A stretch of 64,000 bases of DNA from Dehalococcoidia bacterium (GTDB lineage Bacteria > Chloroflexota > Dehalococcoidia > Lucifugimonadales > GCA-2712585). How positions within the stretch are numbered: the first letter of the stretch is position 1; every line of letters starts with the position of its first letter. Below are positions 27,279 to 36,658 of this stretch, one piece after another. A program made the position numbers and the translations under genes. The notes beneath the pieces are model-generated. The model did no database searches. It was given only the letters and a program-made list of their open reading frames with translations, and was not told the origin of the DNA. The stretch lies in the NCBI GenBank assembly GCA_965221895.1, contig CBDCSX010000002.1, positions 2,356,615-2,420,614 on the forward strand. The letters are read 5' to 3'.

Positions 27279-28202
27279 ATGAACCCGCCAAGATTTCTAT
27301 CCGTCACAGATCTTAACTCGCCGGAGATACTCGCCGTCGTCGAAAGGGCCACTGCCATGAAGAAGGGCGAAGCGTCGAAGGCCCTGGCGGGCCGTACCGT
27401 AGCCTTGCTGTTTGAGAAGCCTTCCCTGCGTACCCGAGGAAGCTTTGAGGTAGGGATTCACCAGCTGGGCGGTCACTGCTTCTACACCGGCGGTCAGGAA
27501 GTGGGTCTGGGCGTTCGGGAGCCGGTGTCCGACGTTGCGAAGGTACTTTCGCGCTACGTGGATGTCATAGTCGCCCGGGTGAACTCCCATTCGGCATTGG
27601 AAGAGTTTGCCTCCAACGCCTCGGTAATGGTCGTGAACGCCTTGTCGGATTGGGAGCACCCCTGTCAGACCTTGGCGGATTTGCAGACCATGAAAGAGGT
27701 GAAAGGACGGCTCGAAGGTCTTCGGGTGGCCTTCGTCGGTGACGGGAACAACGTGGCGCGGAGTCTGGCCTTGGGTGTTGCCTCGGTCGGCGGCAGCTTC
27801 GTTATAGCATCGCCGCCCGGGTATCAGTTGGACGGGGCAAGCTTGGAGGAAGCGGCTGTACGGGCGGCTGAGGCCGGCGCACCGCCGCCCTTGATGCTCA
27901 CGGAGCCGGGAGAGGCCGTGGTGGACGCCGACGTGGTCTATACGGACGTTTGGATCAGCATGGGGGACGAACAGGACCGGGCCGCCCGGCTGTCGGATTT
28001 TCGAGGATACACCGTAACCCCGGAACTCCTGTCGCTGGCTCGCCCCGATGCCATCTTCATGCACGACATGCCCGCCCACTACGGTGAGGAGGTGCCGCCA
28101 GGAATGCTGGATCATCCGCAGTCAGTAGCATTTGACCAGGCGGAAAATCGTCTCCACGCGCAAAAGTCGCTCTTGGAATATCTCAACCGCCATGGAAACT
28201 AA
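27279..28202 (+). CDS. argF: Ornithine carbamoyltransferase-like transcarbamylase (divergent motifs)
   Basis: ATG 27279 is preceded by AGGAGG. Motifs seen: FEKPSLRTRGSFE, HPCQTLADL, DVWISMG, FMHDMPAHYGEEV and FDQAENRLHAQK. The overall pattern is OTC-like. Confidence 0.8.
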   Translation: MNPPRFLSVTDLNSPEILAVVERATAMKKGEASKALAGRTVALLFEKPSLRTRGSFEVGIHQLGGHCFYTGGQEVGLGVREPVSDVAKVLSRYVDVIVARVNSHSALEEFASNASVMVVNALSDWEHPCQTLADLQTMKEVKGRLEGLRVAFVGDGNNVARSLALGVASVGGSFVIASPPGYQLDGASLEEAAVRAAEAGAPPPLMLTEPGEAVVDADVVYTDVWISMGDEQDRAARLSDFRGYTVTPELLSLARPDAIFMHDMPAHYGEEVPPGMLDHPQSVAFDQAENRLHAQKSLLEYLNRHGN

Positions 28203-28242
28203 CTCAAAAGCTGAAAGTCCGCCGGGTCCCCTTCGAACTAAT

Positions 28243-29568
28243 ATGATGACTAAACCGCTTGTAGCCATAATTGGCAGGCCGAACGTCGGCAAGTCCACGC
28301 TGTTCAACCGTCTGGTGGGCCGACGGGAGGCGGTAGTGACCGACGTTCCGGGCACCACTCGCGATAGAATTATCGGGCAGGTAGAGTGGGACGATCTCTC
28401 CTTCACGTTGGTGGACACGGGTGGGCTCGAACCTCCGGGCGAAGACCCCCTCAAGGGTAAGGTGCGGGCACAGGTCGAAACGGCCATCGTGGATGCGGAC
28501 CTGCTGTTCTTCCTGGTAGATGGCGCGGAGGGAATTAACCCGGTTGACCAGGATATAGCCTTGCAGATTCGCCGCCGCGAGAAGCCCGCCATTACAATCG
28601 TTAACAAGGTGGACAATCAGAAGCGTGAGCTTTCGGCGGCGGAGTTCTACGGCTTGGGATTGGACGAGCCATTATACGTCAGCGCCTACCACAATCTCGG
28701 CATACACGACCTGATGGAGCGTACGGCGGAGCTTCTTCCCCTGCAAGAGCCGGAAGAGGAGGAGGATGGCGTCCCACGCGTGGCCATCTTAGGGCGGACC
28801 AACGTGGGCAAGTCCATGCTGTTGAACGCCATTCTGGGAGAGGAACGGGCCATTGTAAGCGAGATTGCGGGGACAACTCGGGACAGCTTGGACACCCGCT
28901 TCGAGTTTGAGGGGCGTCCCATGGTTCTGATAGATACGGCGGGTATCCGGCGTCGGGGACAGGTTCGGCAGGGAATCGAGCGGTATAGTGTGCTGCGGGC
29001 CTTTCGTGCCATTCAGCGCTGCGACGTTGCTTTTCTTATCATGGACGCTTCGGAGTTAGCCACGGCCCAGGACGCCCACGTCTTCGGCTACGCGTCGGAG
29101 AGCTTCAAGGGGGTTGTGGCCGTCGTCAACAAGTGGGACCTGGTGGATGATCCCATCGGCACGGCCCAGGAGGAGGCCCTCTGGACGGTTCGGCGCCGGC
29201 TTCACTTCATGCCCTACGTACCTATCGTATTCACGTCGGCTCTGAATGAGGAGGGAATTGGCGACCTGCTGAGGCTTGCCTTGGACGTCCACCAGGAGCG
29301 GCAGCGAGTGGTACCCCACGGAAAGCTTCAGCGAGTGCTTCTGGACGCTATGGCCAACCAGCCGCCGGCTTCAATGGGCAGGCGTCGAGTGGCCATTCGA
29401 AACGTTCGGCAGGTCGGAGTGAACCCTCCGACTTTTGTATTGAACGTCAACGACACTAAGATCCATTTCTCGTATCGTCGGTACCTTGAGAACCGGATAA
29501 GGGCTGCCTTCGACTTTCGCCAAACCCATCTGAGGCTGGTATTCAAGCGTGGCAAGAGGTCTCGATGA
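28243..29568 (+). CDS. der: Ribosome-associated GTPase Der (EngA), two GTPase domains + KH-like C-terminus
   Basis: First domain: MMTKPLVAIIGRPNVGKSTLFNRL, DTGG, NKVD. Second domain: GRTNVGKSMLLN, DTAG, NKWD. The start is moved to ATG 28243, which removes overlap with argF. Confidence 0.9.
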   Translation: MMTKPLVAIIGRPNVGKSTLFNRLVGRREAVVTDVPGTTRDRIIGQVEWDDLSFTLVDTGGLEPPGEDPLKGKVRAQVETAIVDADLLFFLVDGAEGINPVDQDIALQIRRREKPAITIVNKVDNQKRELSAAEFYGLGLDEPLYVSAYHNLGIHDLMERTAELLPLQEPEEEEDGVPRVAILGRTNVGKSMLLNAILGEERAIVSEIAGTTRDSLDTRFEFEGRPMVLIDTAGIRRRGQVRQGIERYSVLRAFRAIQRCDVAFLIMDASELATAQDAHVFGYASESFKGVVAVVNKWDLVDDPIGTAQEEALWTVRRRLHFMPYVPIVFTSALNEEGIGDLLRLALDVHQERQRVVPHGKLQRVLLDAMANQPPASMGRRRVAIRNVRQVGVNPPTFVLNVNDTKIHFSYRRYLENRIRAAFDFRQTHLRLVFKRGKRSR

Positions 29569-30275
29569 AGTACGCGCTGCCCTTGGCGGTTCCGCCGCTT
29601 CTGGCGGCGTGGGTGCTGGCCATAGCGCTGGGCATGGACACCTCGCAACCGCTGGCCCAGTACCTGATTCTGGCCCCTTTGGCCTACGTGCTGGGTTCGG
29701 TGCCCTGGGGATTTCTGGTGGTCAGACTCTTCCATGGGGTGGACGTGCGAGAGCACGGGAGTGGTCGGACCGGCACCAGCAACGTCCTGCGTACGGGCGG
29801 TCTGAAAAGCGCCGCGCTGGTGCTCATTCTTGATCTGAGCAAAGGCGCGCTCGCGGTCTTGCTGGCGAAGGTTGTTTCCGGGGACGCCGCGGCGAACGTG
29901 ACAGCCGGCCTGCTTGTGTTGGTTGGGCACAACTGGTCGTTATTTCTTGGCTTAAAAGGAGGTCGTGGCATCATGCCGGCCGCCGGTGCCGTCCTGGTCA
30001 TTGCTCCCATAGCATTGGCCCTTTGCGTACTGGCCTGGGCCCCGACTGCGTTCCTCACCAAGTATGTATCTCTGGCGTCTCTGGCTGGTGTGACCACGGC
30101 CGTAGCCGCCGGAGTTGTACAGATAATCTTTTTCGATTTCTCCGTCGTGTATGTCGTCTACTTTGGAATTGGCGGGTTCATCATCTTTTGGCAACACTCC
30201 GATAATATCCGGAGGCTAAGGGATGGGACGGAGCCTCGATTGGGTGAACGGGCGAAGCCCAGCGAGTCCGGCTAG
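29565..30275 (+). CDS. plsY: Glycerol-3-phosphate acyltransferase PlsY
   Basis: Multi-TM protein with GSGRTGTSNVLRTGG and GHNWSLFLGLKGGRG. It overlaps the der stop by 4 nt (ATGA). Confidence 0.85.
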   Translation: MKYALPLAVPPLLAAWVLAIALGMDTSQPLAQYLILAPLAYVLGSVPWGFLVVRLFHGVDVREHGSGRTGTSNVLRTGGLKSAALVLILDLSKGALAVLLAKVVSGDAAANVTAGLLVLVGHNWSLFLGLKGGRGIMPAAGAVLVIAPIALALCVLAWAPTAFLTKYVSLASLAGVTTAVAAGVVQIIFFDFSVVYVVYFGIGGFIIFWQHSDNIRRLRDGTEPRLGERAKPSESG

Positions 30276-30278
30276 CAG

Positions 30279-31280
30279 ATGTCGACCAAGGCTGCCGTAG
30301 TCGGGACTACCACCTGGGGCACCACGCTCGCTCTTCAACTGTGCAGAAACGGCGTTCGGACCGCGCTGTTGGCACGGACGGAGGATGAAGCGCACCAATT
30401 GCGGAAGGAAGGGGAGAACCGCCGTTTTCTTCCTGGAACGCCTCTGCCGTCCGCTCTGGAAATTACCGCCTCGACGTCGGAGGCCCTCGCCGATGCCGAA
30501 GTGGTCATGCTGGCCGTCCCTTCTCAGAGGTTCCGCCGGAATCTGCTCTGGATCCGGGACAGCTTGGGTGCCAAGGCTATTGCTGTGAGCGCCGCAAAAG
30601 GGTTGGAGATGCAGACCGGAAAGCCCATGAGCGTCGTCTTTGCCGAAGAGATGCCAATAAGCTTGGCCCGTCGGTATTGTGTTCTTTCTGGCCCCAATCT
30701 GGCTAAGGAAATAATTGCCGGCAAACCCGCCTCGACGGTTGTTGCCAGCGGTGACCTCGAGTCAGCCAAGAGCGTGCAGCGGCTGCTAATGTCCACTAGT
30801 TTCAGGGTATATACCAACGACGACGTTATCGGCGTGGAGCTGGCGGGCGCACTGAAGAACATCATCGCTCTGGGCAGCGGCATCTGTGACGGTCTGGGTT
30901 ACGGTGACAACGCGAAGGCGGCGTTCATTTCCCGGGGTCTGGCGGAGATTACCCGTTTGGGGGTAGATGCGGGCGCCAATCCTCTGACCTTTGCTGGTCT
31001 GGCGGGCTTGGGGGACCTGGCGGCCACCTGCTTCAGCCGTCTCAGCCGGAACAGATCCGTGGGAGAGGAACTGGCCAGGGGCCGAACACTCGCCGAGATT
31101 CTGGAGTCTATGAAAAACGTGGCGGAGGGGGTGCACACAACGGCGGCGGCCCTGACGCTGGCGCAGAGGCTGGACGTCGAAATGCCCATCGTAGAGGCCA
31201 CCCACCAGATTCTCTTTGAGGGATTGGAGTTGAACGAAGCTGTCGCCCGGCTGATGGGACGCCCTCCCCGTTCCGAGTAG
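30279..31280 (+). CDS. gpsA: NAD(P)H-dependent glycerol-3-phosphate dehydrogenase
   Basis: Motif GALKNIIALGSGICDGLGYGDNAKAAFISRGLAEITRLG. It lies in the conserved der-plsY-gpsA neighbourhood. Confidence 0.9.
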   Translation: MSTKAAVVGTTTWGTTLALQLCRNGVRTALLARTEDEAHQLRKEGENRRFLPGTPLPSALEITASTSEALADAEVVMLAVPSQRFRRNLLWIRDSLGAKAIAVSAAKGLEMQTGKPMSVVFAEEMPISLARRYCVLSGPNLAKEIIAGKPASTVVASGDLESAKSVQRLLMSTSFRVYTNDDVIGVELAGALKNIIALGSGICDGLGYGDNAKAAFISRGLAEITRLGVDAGANPLTFAGLAGLGDLAATCFSRLSRNRSVGEELARGRTLAEILESMKNVAEGVHTTAAALTLAQRLDVEMPIVEATHQILFEGLELNEAVARLMGRPPRSE

Positions 31281-31306
31281 ACGGGCGTCGTATCAACGGA
31301 GGGCCG

Positions 31307-32173
31307 TCAGCCCGCCGCTGGCTTCATCGCTTCCAGCGTCACCCAGTCCTCCATGGCGTGGCGGTCTCCAATGCAAAATCCCACGTCCCTGAGCCGCTGC
31401 GCCACCTGTTCCTCCTGCTTATCGAGGAATCCGCCCGTCACTAGAATGCCTCCTGCTCCAAGGCAGCGAAGTATTTCTGGCGCCAAGTTAGATATCACCT
31501 TCGCGCTGATGTTGGCCACGGCAAGGTCAAATGCGCTGGCGGGGGCCAGGCTGTGAGGGAGGGAACCGCGGCCCAAGCTCACCCTATCGGCCACCTTGTT
31601 GGCCCTGATAGCTTGACGGGCCATCCTGACGGCGGTTGGGTCAACGTCCAACGCTGCCACCCTCATAGCGCCCAACCTGACCGCGGCTATGCTGAGTACG
31701 CCGGAACCCGTCCCCACGTCCAGGACCCTCTTTCCTTTGGGAGATAACCTCTCGAGCTCTTCCAGGACCATTTGCGTTGTAGGGTGATGACCGGTGCCGA
31801 AGGCCAACCCCGGGTCGATCTCCAATACGAGTTCGCTGTCGTGTGCCTCGTAAGAAATCCAGGGGGGCTTGATAACCAGTCGGCGGCCCACACGCAGCAG
31901 GGTGAACTGGTCCTTCCAGGCCTCCTGCCAGTTGGTTTCCTCAATCTTCCTGACGCACAGTCCTATTATTGGTCGCAGAGAGCCGATGAGCTTCACGCCT
32001 ATCTCTATTCTGGCGCGCTTCTGGGTGGCGGTCGAGGTTACGTAGGTTCTGAGCAGCACCTCGCCGTTTTCCACCTTCTCCATGGAAAGCCCATTGCCGT
32101 AACGCCCGAAGAGGTAGGAGACCGGCTCTACGAACTCGGGCGGTACCTGAACGCTGAGCTCTAGCCACTCCAC
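31307..32173 (-). CDS. prmA: Ribosomal protein L11 methyltransferase
   Basis: FGTGHHPTTQMVLEELE, plus the SAM-binding motif VLDVGTGSGVLSIAA. Confidence 0.9.
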   Translation of the reverse strand: MEWLELSVQVPPEFVEPVSYLFGRYGNGLSMEKVENGEVLLRTYVTSTATQKRARIEIGVKLIGSLRPIIGLCVRKIEETNWQEAWKDQFTLLRVGRRLVIKPPWISYEAHDSELVLEIDPGLAFGTGHHPTTQMVLEELERLSPKGKRVLDVGTGSGVLSIAAVRLGAMRVAALDVDPTAVRMARQAIRANKVADRVSLGRGSLPHSLAPASAFDLAVANISAKVISNLAPEILRCLGAGGILVTGGFLDKQEEQVAQRLRDVGFCIGDRHAMEDWVTLEAMKPAAG

Positions 32174-32246
32174 CGTATCAAAAACAGCGGAGACAGCGGG
32201 AGAAAATGCTTAAGTTGGCATCGGTCATACAGAGAGGGGTTTCGGC

Positions 32247-33389
32247 TTAAGAGCCGGTGAAGGCATCCTTCATCCGGTCGAAGATCCCCTTGCCCCTGAG
32301 GAAATTGCCGTTATTCCAAGCCATGGTCTCGGCTAGAGCCTCCAAGGCCAGTGTCTGCTCCGAGTCCAGCTTGGTGGGAATATCCAACGAAATCGTCACC
32401 AGCAAGTCTCCGCGGCCGCGAGCGCCGATTTTGGGCATACCCTTGGCCCTCAGTGCAAAAACGACCCCGGGCTGAGTTCCCGCGGGCACCTTAAAAGTCT
32501 CACTCCCGTTTATAAGCGGGATGGTTAATTCCGCTCCCAGCACGGCTTGAGCGAAGTTTATTGGGACTTCCAGATGCAGATTTGCCCCGTTCCTCTGGAA
32601 TAGGCTATGTGGGAGCACCGAGATGTCTACGTAGAGGTTGCCGGCGGGTCCGCCGTTGTAGCCCACGTCGCCTTGTTCGGTGAGGCGCACCTGCATGCCG
32701 TCCTCGACGCCCGGGGGCACCTTCACTACCCGTGAAAACTCGACCTTCTCCCTGCCCATGCCTCTGCACTCCGCGCACGGAGTTTCGATAGTGGAACCTT
32801 CCCCTCGGCAGGTGGGGCACGGTACTACCTGAACGAACTGGCCGAAAAGTCCCCGTTGGGCACGACGAACGCTCCCACTTCCGCGGCAAGGGTCGCACTT
32901 GTTGACGGCGGTTCCCGGCTCGCTGCGGAGTCCCTTGCAGCGACCACACACCTCCGTGCGATGAACCGTCACTTCCTTGTCCGCGCCAAAGTAGGCTTCC
33001 TCAAAAGTGAGCACCACCCGGTCCCGAAGGTCAGCGCCCTGGCGGGGGGCGTTCCTTGCCTGGGAACTGAAGCCGCCAAAGAAGGAATCAAAGACATCCC
33101 CTAGGCCTCCGAAGATGTCGAATCCCTCGAAGTCCCTGGCGAATCCGGCCTCTGGTCCCAGACCGGCATGGCCGTACCGGTCGTATCGTGCCCGCTTCTC
33201 CGAGTCCATGAGGATCTGGTAGGCTTCGTTCACCTCTTTGAACTTCTGCTCCGCGCCGGGATCCTTGTTCCGGTCGGGGTGAAATTCCAAGGCCTTCTTT
33301 CGGAAGCTCTTCCGGACATCCTCTTCTGAAGCTTCCTTGGAGATCCCCAATATCTCGTAGTAGTCTTGCTTTGTCAAAATCCGCCCCAA
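32247..33389 (-). CDS. dnaJ: Molecular chaperone DnaJ
   Basis: J domain DYYEILGISKEASEEDVRKSFRKKALEFHPDRNK, a G/F region, and four CxxCxG zinc-finger repeats. Confidence 0.95.
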   Translation of the reverse strand: MGRILTKQDYYEILGISKEASEEDVRKSFRKKALEFHPDRNKDPGAEQKFKEVNEAYQILMDSEKRARYDRYGHAGLGPEAGFARDFEGFDIFGGLGDVFDSFFGGFSSQARNAPRQGADLRDRVVLTFEEAYFGADKEVTVHRTEVCGRCKGLRSEPGTAVNKCDPCRGSGSVRRAQRGLFGQFVQVVPCPTCRGEGSTIETPCAECRGMGREKVEFSRVVKVPPGVEDGMQVRLTEQGDVGYNGGPAGNLYVDISVLPHSLFQRNGANLHLEVPINFAQAVLGAELTIPLINGSETFKVPAGTQPGVVFALRAKGMPKIGARGRGDLLVTISLDIPTKLDSEQTLALEALAETMAWNNGNFLRGKGIFDRMKDAFTGS

Positions 33390-33482
33390 TTCGATGGATG
33401 CAACTTCCCCTAGTATACGAATAATTGGGCGTTTGTCTCAAGCGGCGTGAGCCAGGCGGTTTCGGGAGTTGGTAGCGGGGTG

Positions 33483-34520
33483 CTAGCGGGCGTGGGCGAT
33501 CAAGTCCCCCATGTAGTTGGAGAGAAAGCGCATTCCGCTGATCACGTTGGCGTATTCCATCCGAGGCGGGCCTACCACGGCCACGGCGCCGGAACTCTCT
33601 TCAGGTGCGCCATACTGGCATAGGACTATGCTGAACGGTTTAAGGCTTTCTTCGTCATTTTCGTCCCCCACGACAAGTGTCACGTCGCCATGGACAGGCG
33701 CTCCGGCAAGGATGCGATTAACTAGAGTCCGCTCCTCCAGCACCTCCAGCACTTCCAGCGCCTTTCCCCGGCCGTCGAACTCCGGTTGACTCAGGAGAAG
33801 CCGCAGGCCGTTGAGGATGTACTCGGCGGCGGACCTTTTGGCGTCCTCTTTAAGCGCAGAGAGGGCCCCCTGGGTAACTACGGACTCTAAGGGGGTAAGC
33901 TCTACGGTCTTCGCCATAATCTCTTTATAGGTGAGGCCGGTATACACGTCGGTAAGCTTGTTCGCCACGGTGGTCAGGTTCTCCTGGTCTCCCGGGCTTT
34001 CCAATGGGATCAGGTGCTTCTTGAGGCGAGACTCTTCCAACACTAGAATCAGCAGGGCAAGAAACTCCTCGATGAGCACTAAATGAACGTAGCGCACGCG
34101 AGGCGCTGGGGTTTTGGGATAGGTGACTATGGCCACGTTGCGCGAGAGCTCTGAAAGTATCGTAGAGGCCATCCCAATCCAGGCCTCCGCCTCCCGCTCT
34201 ACCCGCTGGAATCGGTTAACTATCCAACGCTTGGTCTCCTGGGGTGGCTCTAACCCCTCGTCTAGAGTGTCTATATAGAAGCGGTACGCCTTGCTAGAAG
34301 GGATGCCTCCGGAGGAGATGTGAGGTCGGAGTATGTAGCCCTCCTCCTCCAACTCCGCCATCTTGTTTCTGACCGTGGCGGAACTCACCTTGATCGGAGA
34401 GCGACGGGCGATAATCTCCGAAGGTACTGGAGAAGCAGTACCGATGTACTCTTCAACCAGAGTTCTGAGGATGGCATAGGTCCGGCGTCTCGATGCCGGC
34501 ATGTCTTGCTGTGGAGTCAT
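33483..34520 (-). CDS. hrcA: Heat-inducible transcription repressor HrcA
   Basis: The N-terminal winged-helix region reads MTPQQDMPASRRRTYAILRTLVEEYIGTASPVPSEIIARR...ATVRNKMAELEEEGYI. I chose ATG 34520 (17 codons inside the track ORF). Confidence 0.85.
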   Translation of the reverse strand: MTPQQDMPASRRRTYAILRTLVEEYIGTASPVPSEIIARRSPIKVSSATVRNKMAELEEEGYILRPHISSGGIPSSKAYRFYIDTLDEGLEPPQETKRWIVNRFQRVEREAEAWIGMASTILSELSRNVAIVTYPKTPAPRVRYVHLVLIEEFLALLILVLEESRLKKHLIPLESPGDQENLTTVANKLTDVYTGLTYKEIMAKTVELTPLESVVTQGALSALKEDAKRSAAEYILNGLRLLLSQPEFDGRGKALEVLEVLEERTLVNRILAGAPVHGDVTLVVGDENDEESLKPFSIVLCQYGAPEESSGAVAVVGPPRMEYANVISGMRFLSNYMGDLIAHAR

Positions 34521-34557
34521 TGGGCACTCCAGCCGAATGTCTTGAGGGGATTTTTCG

Positions 34558-34587
34558 ACTCTAGCACCCACTACGGAATGGTGTCAA
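34558..34587 (-). promoter_or_regulatory. Putative sigma70-type promoter of hrcA
   Basis: On the minus strand: TTGACA (34582-34587), an 18-nt spacer, then TAGAGT (34558-34563). This lies about 40 nt upstream of the hrcA ATG. Confidence 0.4.
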
Positions 34588-35062
34588 GACGTTGGCCACT
34601 CCTCGTACGCAACTCCCCTTTACCCTAAAAGTGTTGCGTCACCCCTTAACTTTCCAGTGCCCACTCTTTTCCTCTGCCATTTCCCCATTGTCGGACCGCT
34701 GCCCCCTCTGCTAACCTACCTCCATGAACAAACCCGCTGCACCATCACGCCCCGAATCGACGCCAACAGGTCTGCCATACATGGGACAGCCTTGTAAAAT
34801 TCTACGAGTCGTTTCCACCACAGAAAAAAACGAATCGCCCCCCCAAATTAAATTGATAGACGCCTGACCTACCTTAATTAGCCCCAATTATTGTTCTTAG
34901 GTTCCAATCTTCCTCAAAGCTAGGGTTAATGAAGTGAATATCCGGAAACCCCATTGCCTTCAGGCACCGAATCTAAGCCATCCTACCCTTCACCGGCACC
35001 CTCTTCCCCACCATCGCCTTAGCCCTACGCTGTCCTAAAAAGAATCGAAAGCCCCTCAGCCG

Positions 35063-35092
35063 TTGACTGCCAAAGGAGGCGGTCATTATACT
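35063..35092 (+). promoter_or_regulatory. Putative sigma70-type promoter of the bioY-like gene
   Basis: TTGACT (35063-35068), an 18-nt spacer, then TATACT (35087-35092). An AGGAGG sequence lies just before the TTG start at 35127. Confidence 0.45.
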
Positions 35093-35126
35093 TCAGCCAA
35101 TATCTCGTCCTCGGCAGGAGGCGTAT

Positions 35127-35990
35127 TTGTTAACTAAGGAAAGAACGGCAACCCTCTCCCAGGCGATTCTACCTAAGCCTAATATAACCACTTATGCGGG
35201 CCTCGCCTTGTTGTTGGGGTTATTGGCGGCGGCCTTTGAAGCACTTTTCCCCACGTCCTTCTCTCTGGTAAGTCCCTTCTCTTATTCGAGCGTACTAAAG
35301 GACGGCGCGAAGAATCTGGGCATCGTTCTGGGCATTGGTCTTGGGTTGGCGTATGTAGGGCACGTGGCGAGAGGACTCGTTGGCTCTACTTCTGGCCGAG
35401 TGGCGACGTTCACTGCGGCTCCCATAGGGTCCTCAGTTTGGACGGAACTCCTGGGAGACGCCGTTCGTGTCATCGCCTTTAGTTTCCTCATAACCCTCTT
35501 CGCCCGTATTTCTATACACTTCGGGGATAACCCTGTGCCGATTACGGGACAGACCCTGGCAGTCCTCCTCACTGGGGCCGTGCTGGGCGCCCGTCTGGGG
35601 ATGCTCGCCACTCTAATGTATCTGGTCCAGGGCATGGCCGGGATGCACGTCTACGCTGGCGGATCCTTCGGGCTCGTGTGGCAGCTCAGCAGCGGAGGCT
35701 ACATCATAGGCTTCGTAGCGGCGGCGTTTCTGGTAGGATTCATGGTCGAGCAAGGCTGGAACAAGGGCGCGCCCCTTCTCGTCGCAATGCTCTTGGGCAA
35801 CGTCCTGCTCTACGTGCCTGGTTTGCTCCAGTTGGGCTTCTTCGTAGAATGGAAGAATGTTCTCCCGTGGGGACTTTACCCCTTTATCCCCGGTGACCTC
35901 GCCAAGCTCTACGTGGCTTCCCTCCTGGTGCCCGCCGTGTCTTGGGCGTTGTTGCGCTACCGTCTAGGGGAACGGCCGGCATGGACGTAA
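35127..35990 (+). CDS. bioY: BioY-family biotin transporter S component with N-terminal extension
   Basis: The C-terminal ~180 aa carry VPITGQTLAVLLTGAVLG...GGYIIGF...PFIPGDLAKL, typical of BioY. The first ~100 aa add extra hydrophobic segments. Confidence 0.75.
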   Translation: MLTKERTATLSQAILPKPNITTYAGLALLLGLLAAAFEALFPTSFSLVSPFSYSSVLKDGAKNLGIVLGIGLGLAYVGHVARGLVGSTSGRVATFTAAPIGSSVWTELLGDAVRVIAFSFLITLFARISIHFGDNPVPITGQTLAVLLTGAVLGARLGMLATLMYLVQGMAGMHVYAGGSFGLVWQLSSGGYIIGFVAAAFLVGFMVEQGWNKGAPLLVAMLLGNVLLYVPGLLQLGFFVEWKNVLPWGLYPFIPGDLAKLYVASLLVPAVSWALLRYRLGERPAWT

Positions 35991-36640
35991 CTTGGCTGGG
36001 CCACTCATGCTTTCGACTTCGGGGCAGTAGTGCCACCATTCTGACGGACCCCTTCCCCGATTCTCTGGGCGGCTCCGTGACCAAGGTCGAATCCGGCCCG
36101 AACATCGTAACTGTGAGCAACAGCCACCCAAACCATAACCACCTGACAGCCTTGGATCCAGGCTTTCGGCTGATGGAGGGGCCCGGCGAGTACGGGGCCT
36201 CCGGCGTGTACATCCGGGGTTTCATGACTCCGCCAACGTCGATCCCAACCGAGGAGCCCCCTCCACGCAACACCGCCTACCTCTTCGAGTTCGACAATCT
36301 ACGCGTGTGCCATCTGGGAGACCTGGCCACCCTTCTGCCCAATAACATGGTGGACGAACTTAGCCCTATGGACGTTCTGTTCATGCCAGTGGGCGGTGGG
36401 TGCACCCTCGACTTGGACCAGGCAGCCGCCGTGATTCGGCAGCTGGAGGCCCGCATAGTGATACCCATGCACTACAAGGTGCCGGGTGCAGCGGTGGAAC
36501 TTGAGGGCCTGGACCCCTTCCTGCGCGAGATGGGTTTGAGGGACGTGGAGGCCCAGCCCCGATTTTCGGTGACTGCTACCAGCCTTCCGGCGGAAACTAG
36601 GGTTGTGGTGCTGCGGCCCATGGCCATCCCGGAAGGCTGA
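35981..36640 (+). CDS. MBL-fold metal-dependent hydrolase (UPF0173-like)
   Basis: MDVTWLGHSCFRLRG..ILTDPF and SNSHPNHNH (a variant of HxHxDH). The ATG at 35981 overlaps the bioY stop. Confidence 0.7.
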   Translation: MDVTWLGHSCFRLRGSSATILTDPFPDSLGGSVTKVESGPNIVTVSNSHPNHNHLTALDPGFRLMEGPGEYGASGVYIRGFMTPPTSIPTEEPPPRNTAYLFEFDNLRVCHLGDLATLLPNNMVDELSPMDVLFMPVGGGCTLDLDQAAAVIRQLEARIVIPMHYKVPGAAVELEGLDPFLREMGLRDVEAQPRFSVTATSLPAETRVVVLRPMAIPEG

Positions 36641-36658
36641 ACTAACTTTCCAACGCGT

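Noticed and set aside
28132-28242. N-terminal extensions of track ORFs, for example der from 28132, rarA to 38167, DAHP synthase from 40190, the lipoprotein from 56353, the amidohydrolases from 47680 and to 60205, and hicA-2 from 62620.
   Set aside because: The extensions overlap upstream genes or lack similarity. Internal ATG starts coincide with the conserved N-termini, and in several cases with an AGGAGG-type RBS.
34521-34580. A possible CIRCE operator (TTAGCACTC-N9-GAGTGCTAA) upstream of hrcA.
   Set aside because: There are only two half-site-like elements in the same orientation (TGGGCACTC at 34521-34529 and CTAGCACCC at 34561-34569). I could not form a properly spaced inverted repeat, so no CIRCE call is made.
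35124-35135. TTGTTAAC at the bioY start as a possible BirA operator half-site.
   Set aside because: I found no matching inverted half-site at an appropriate distance. GTTAAC alone is a trivial palindrome.
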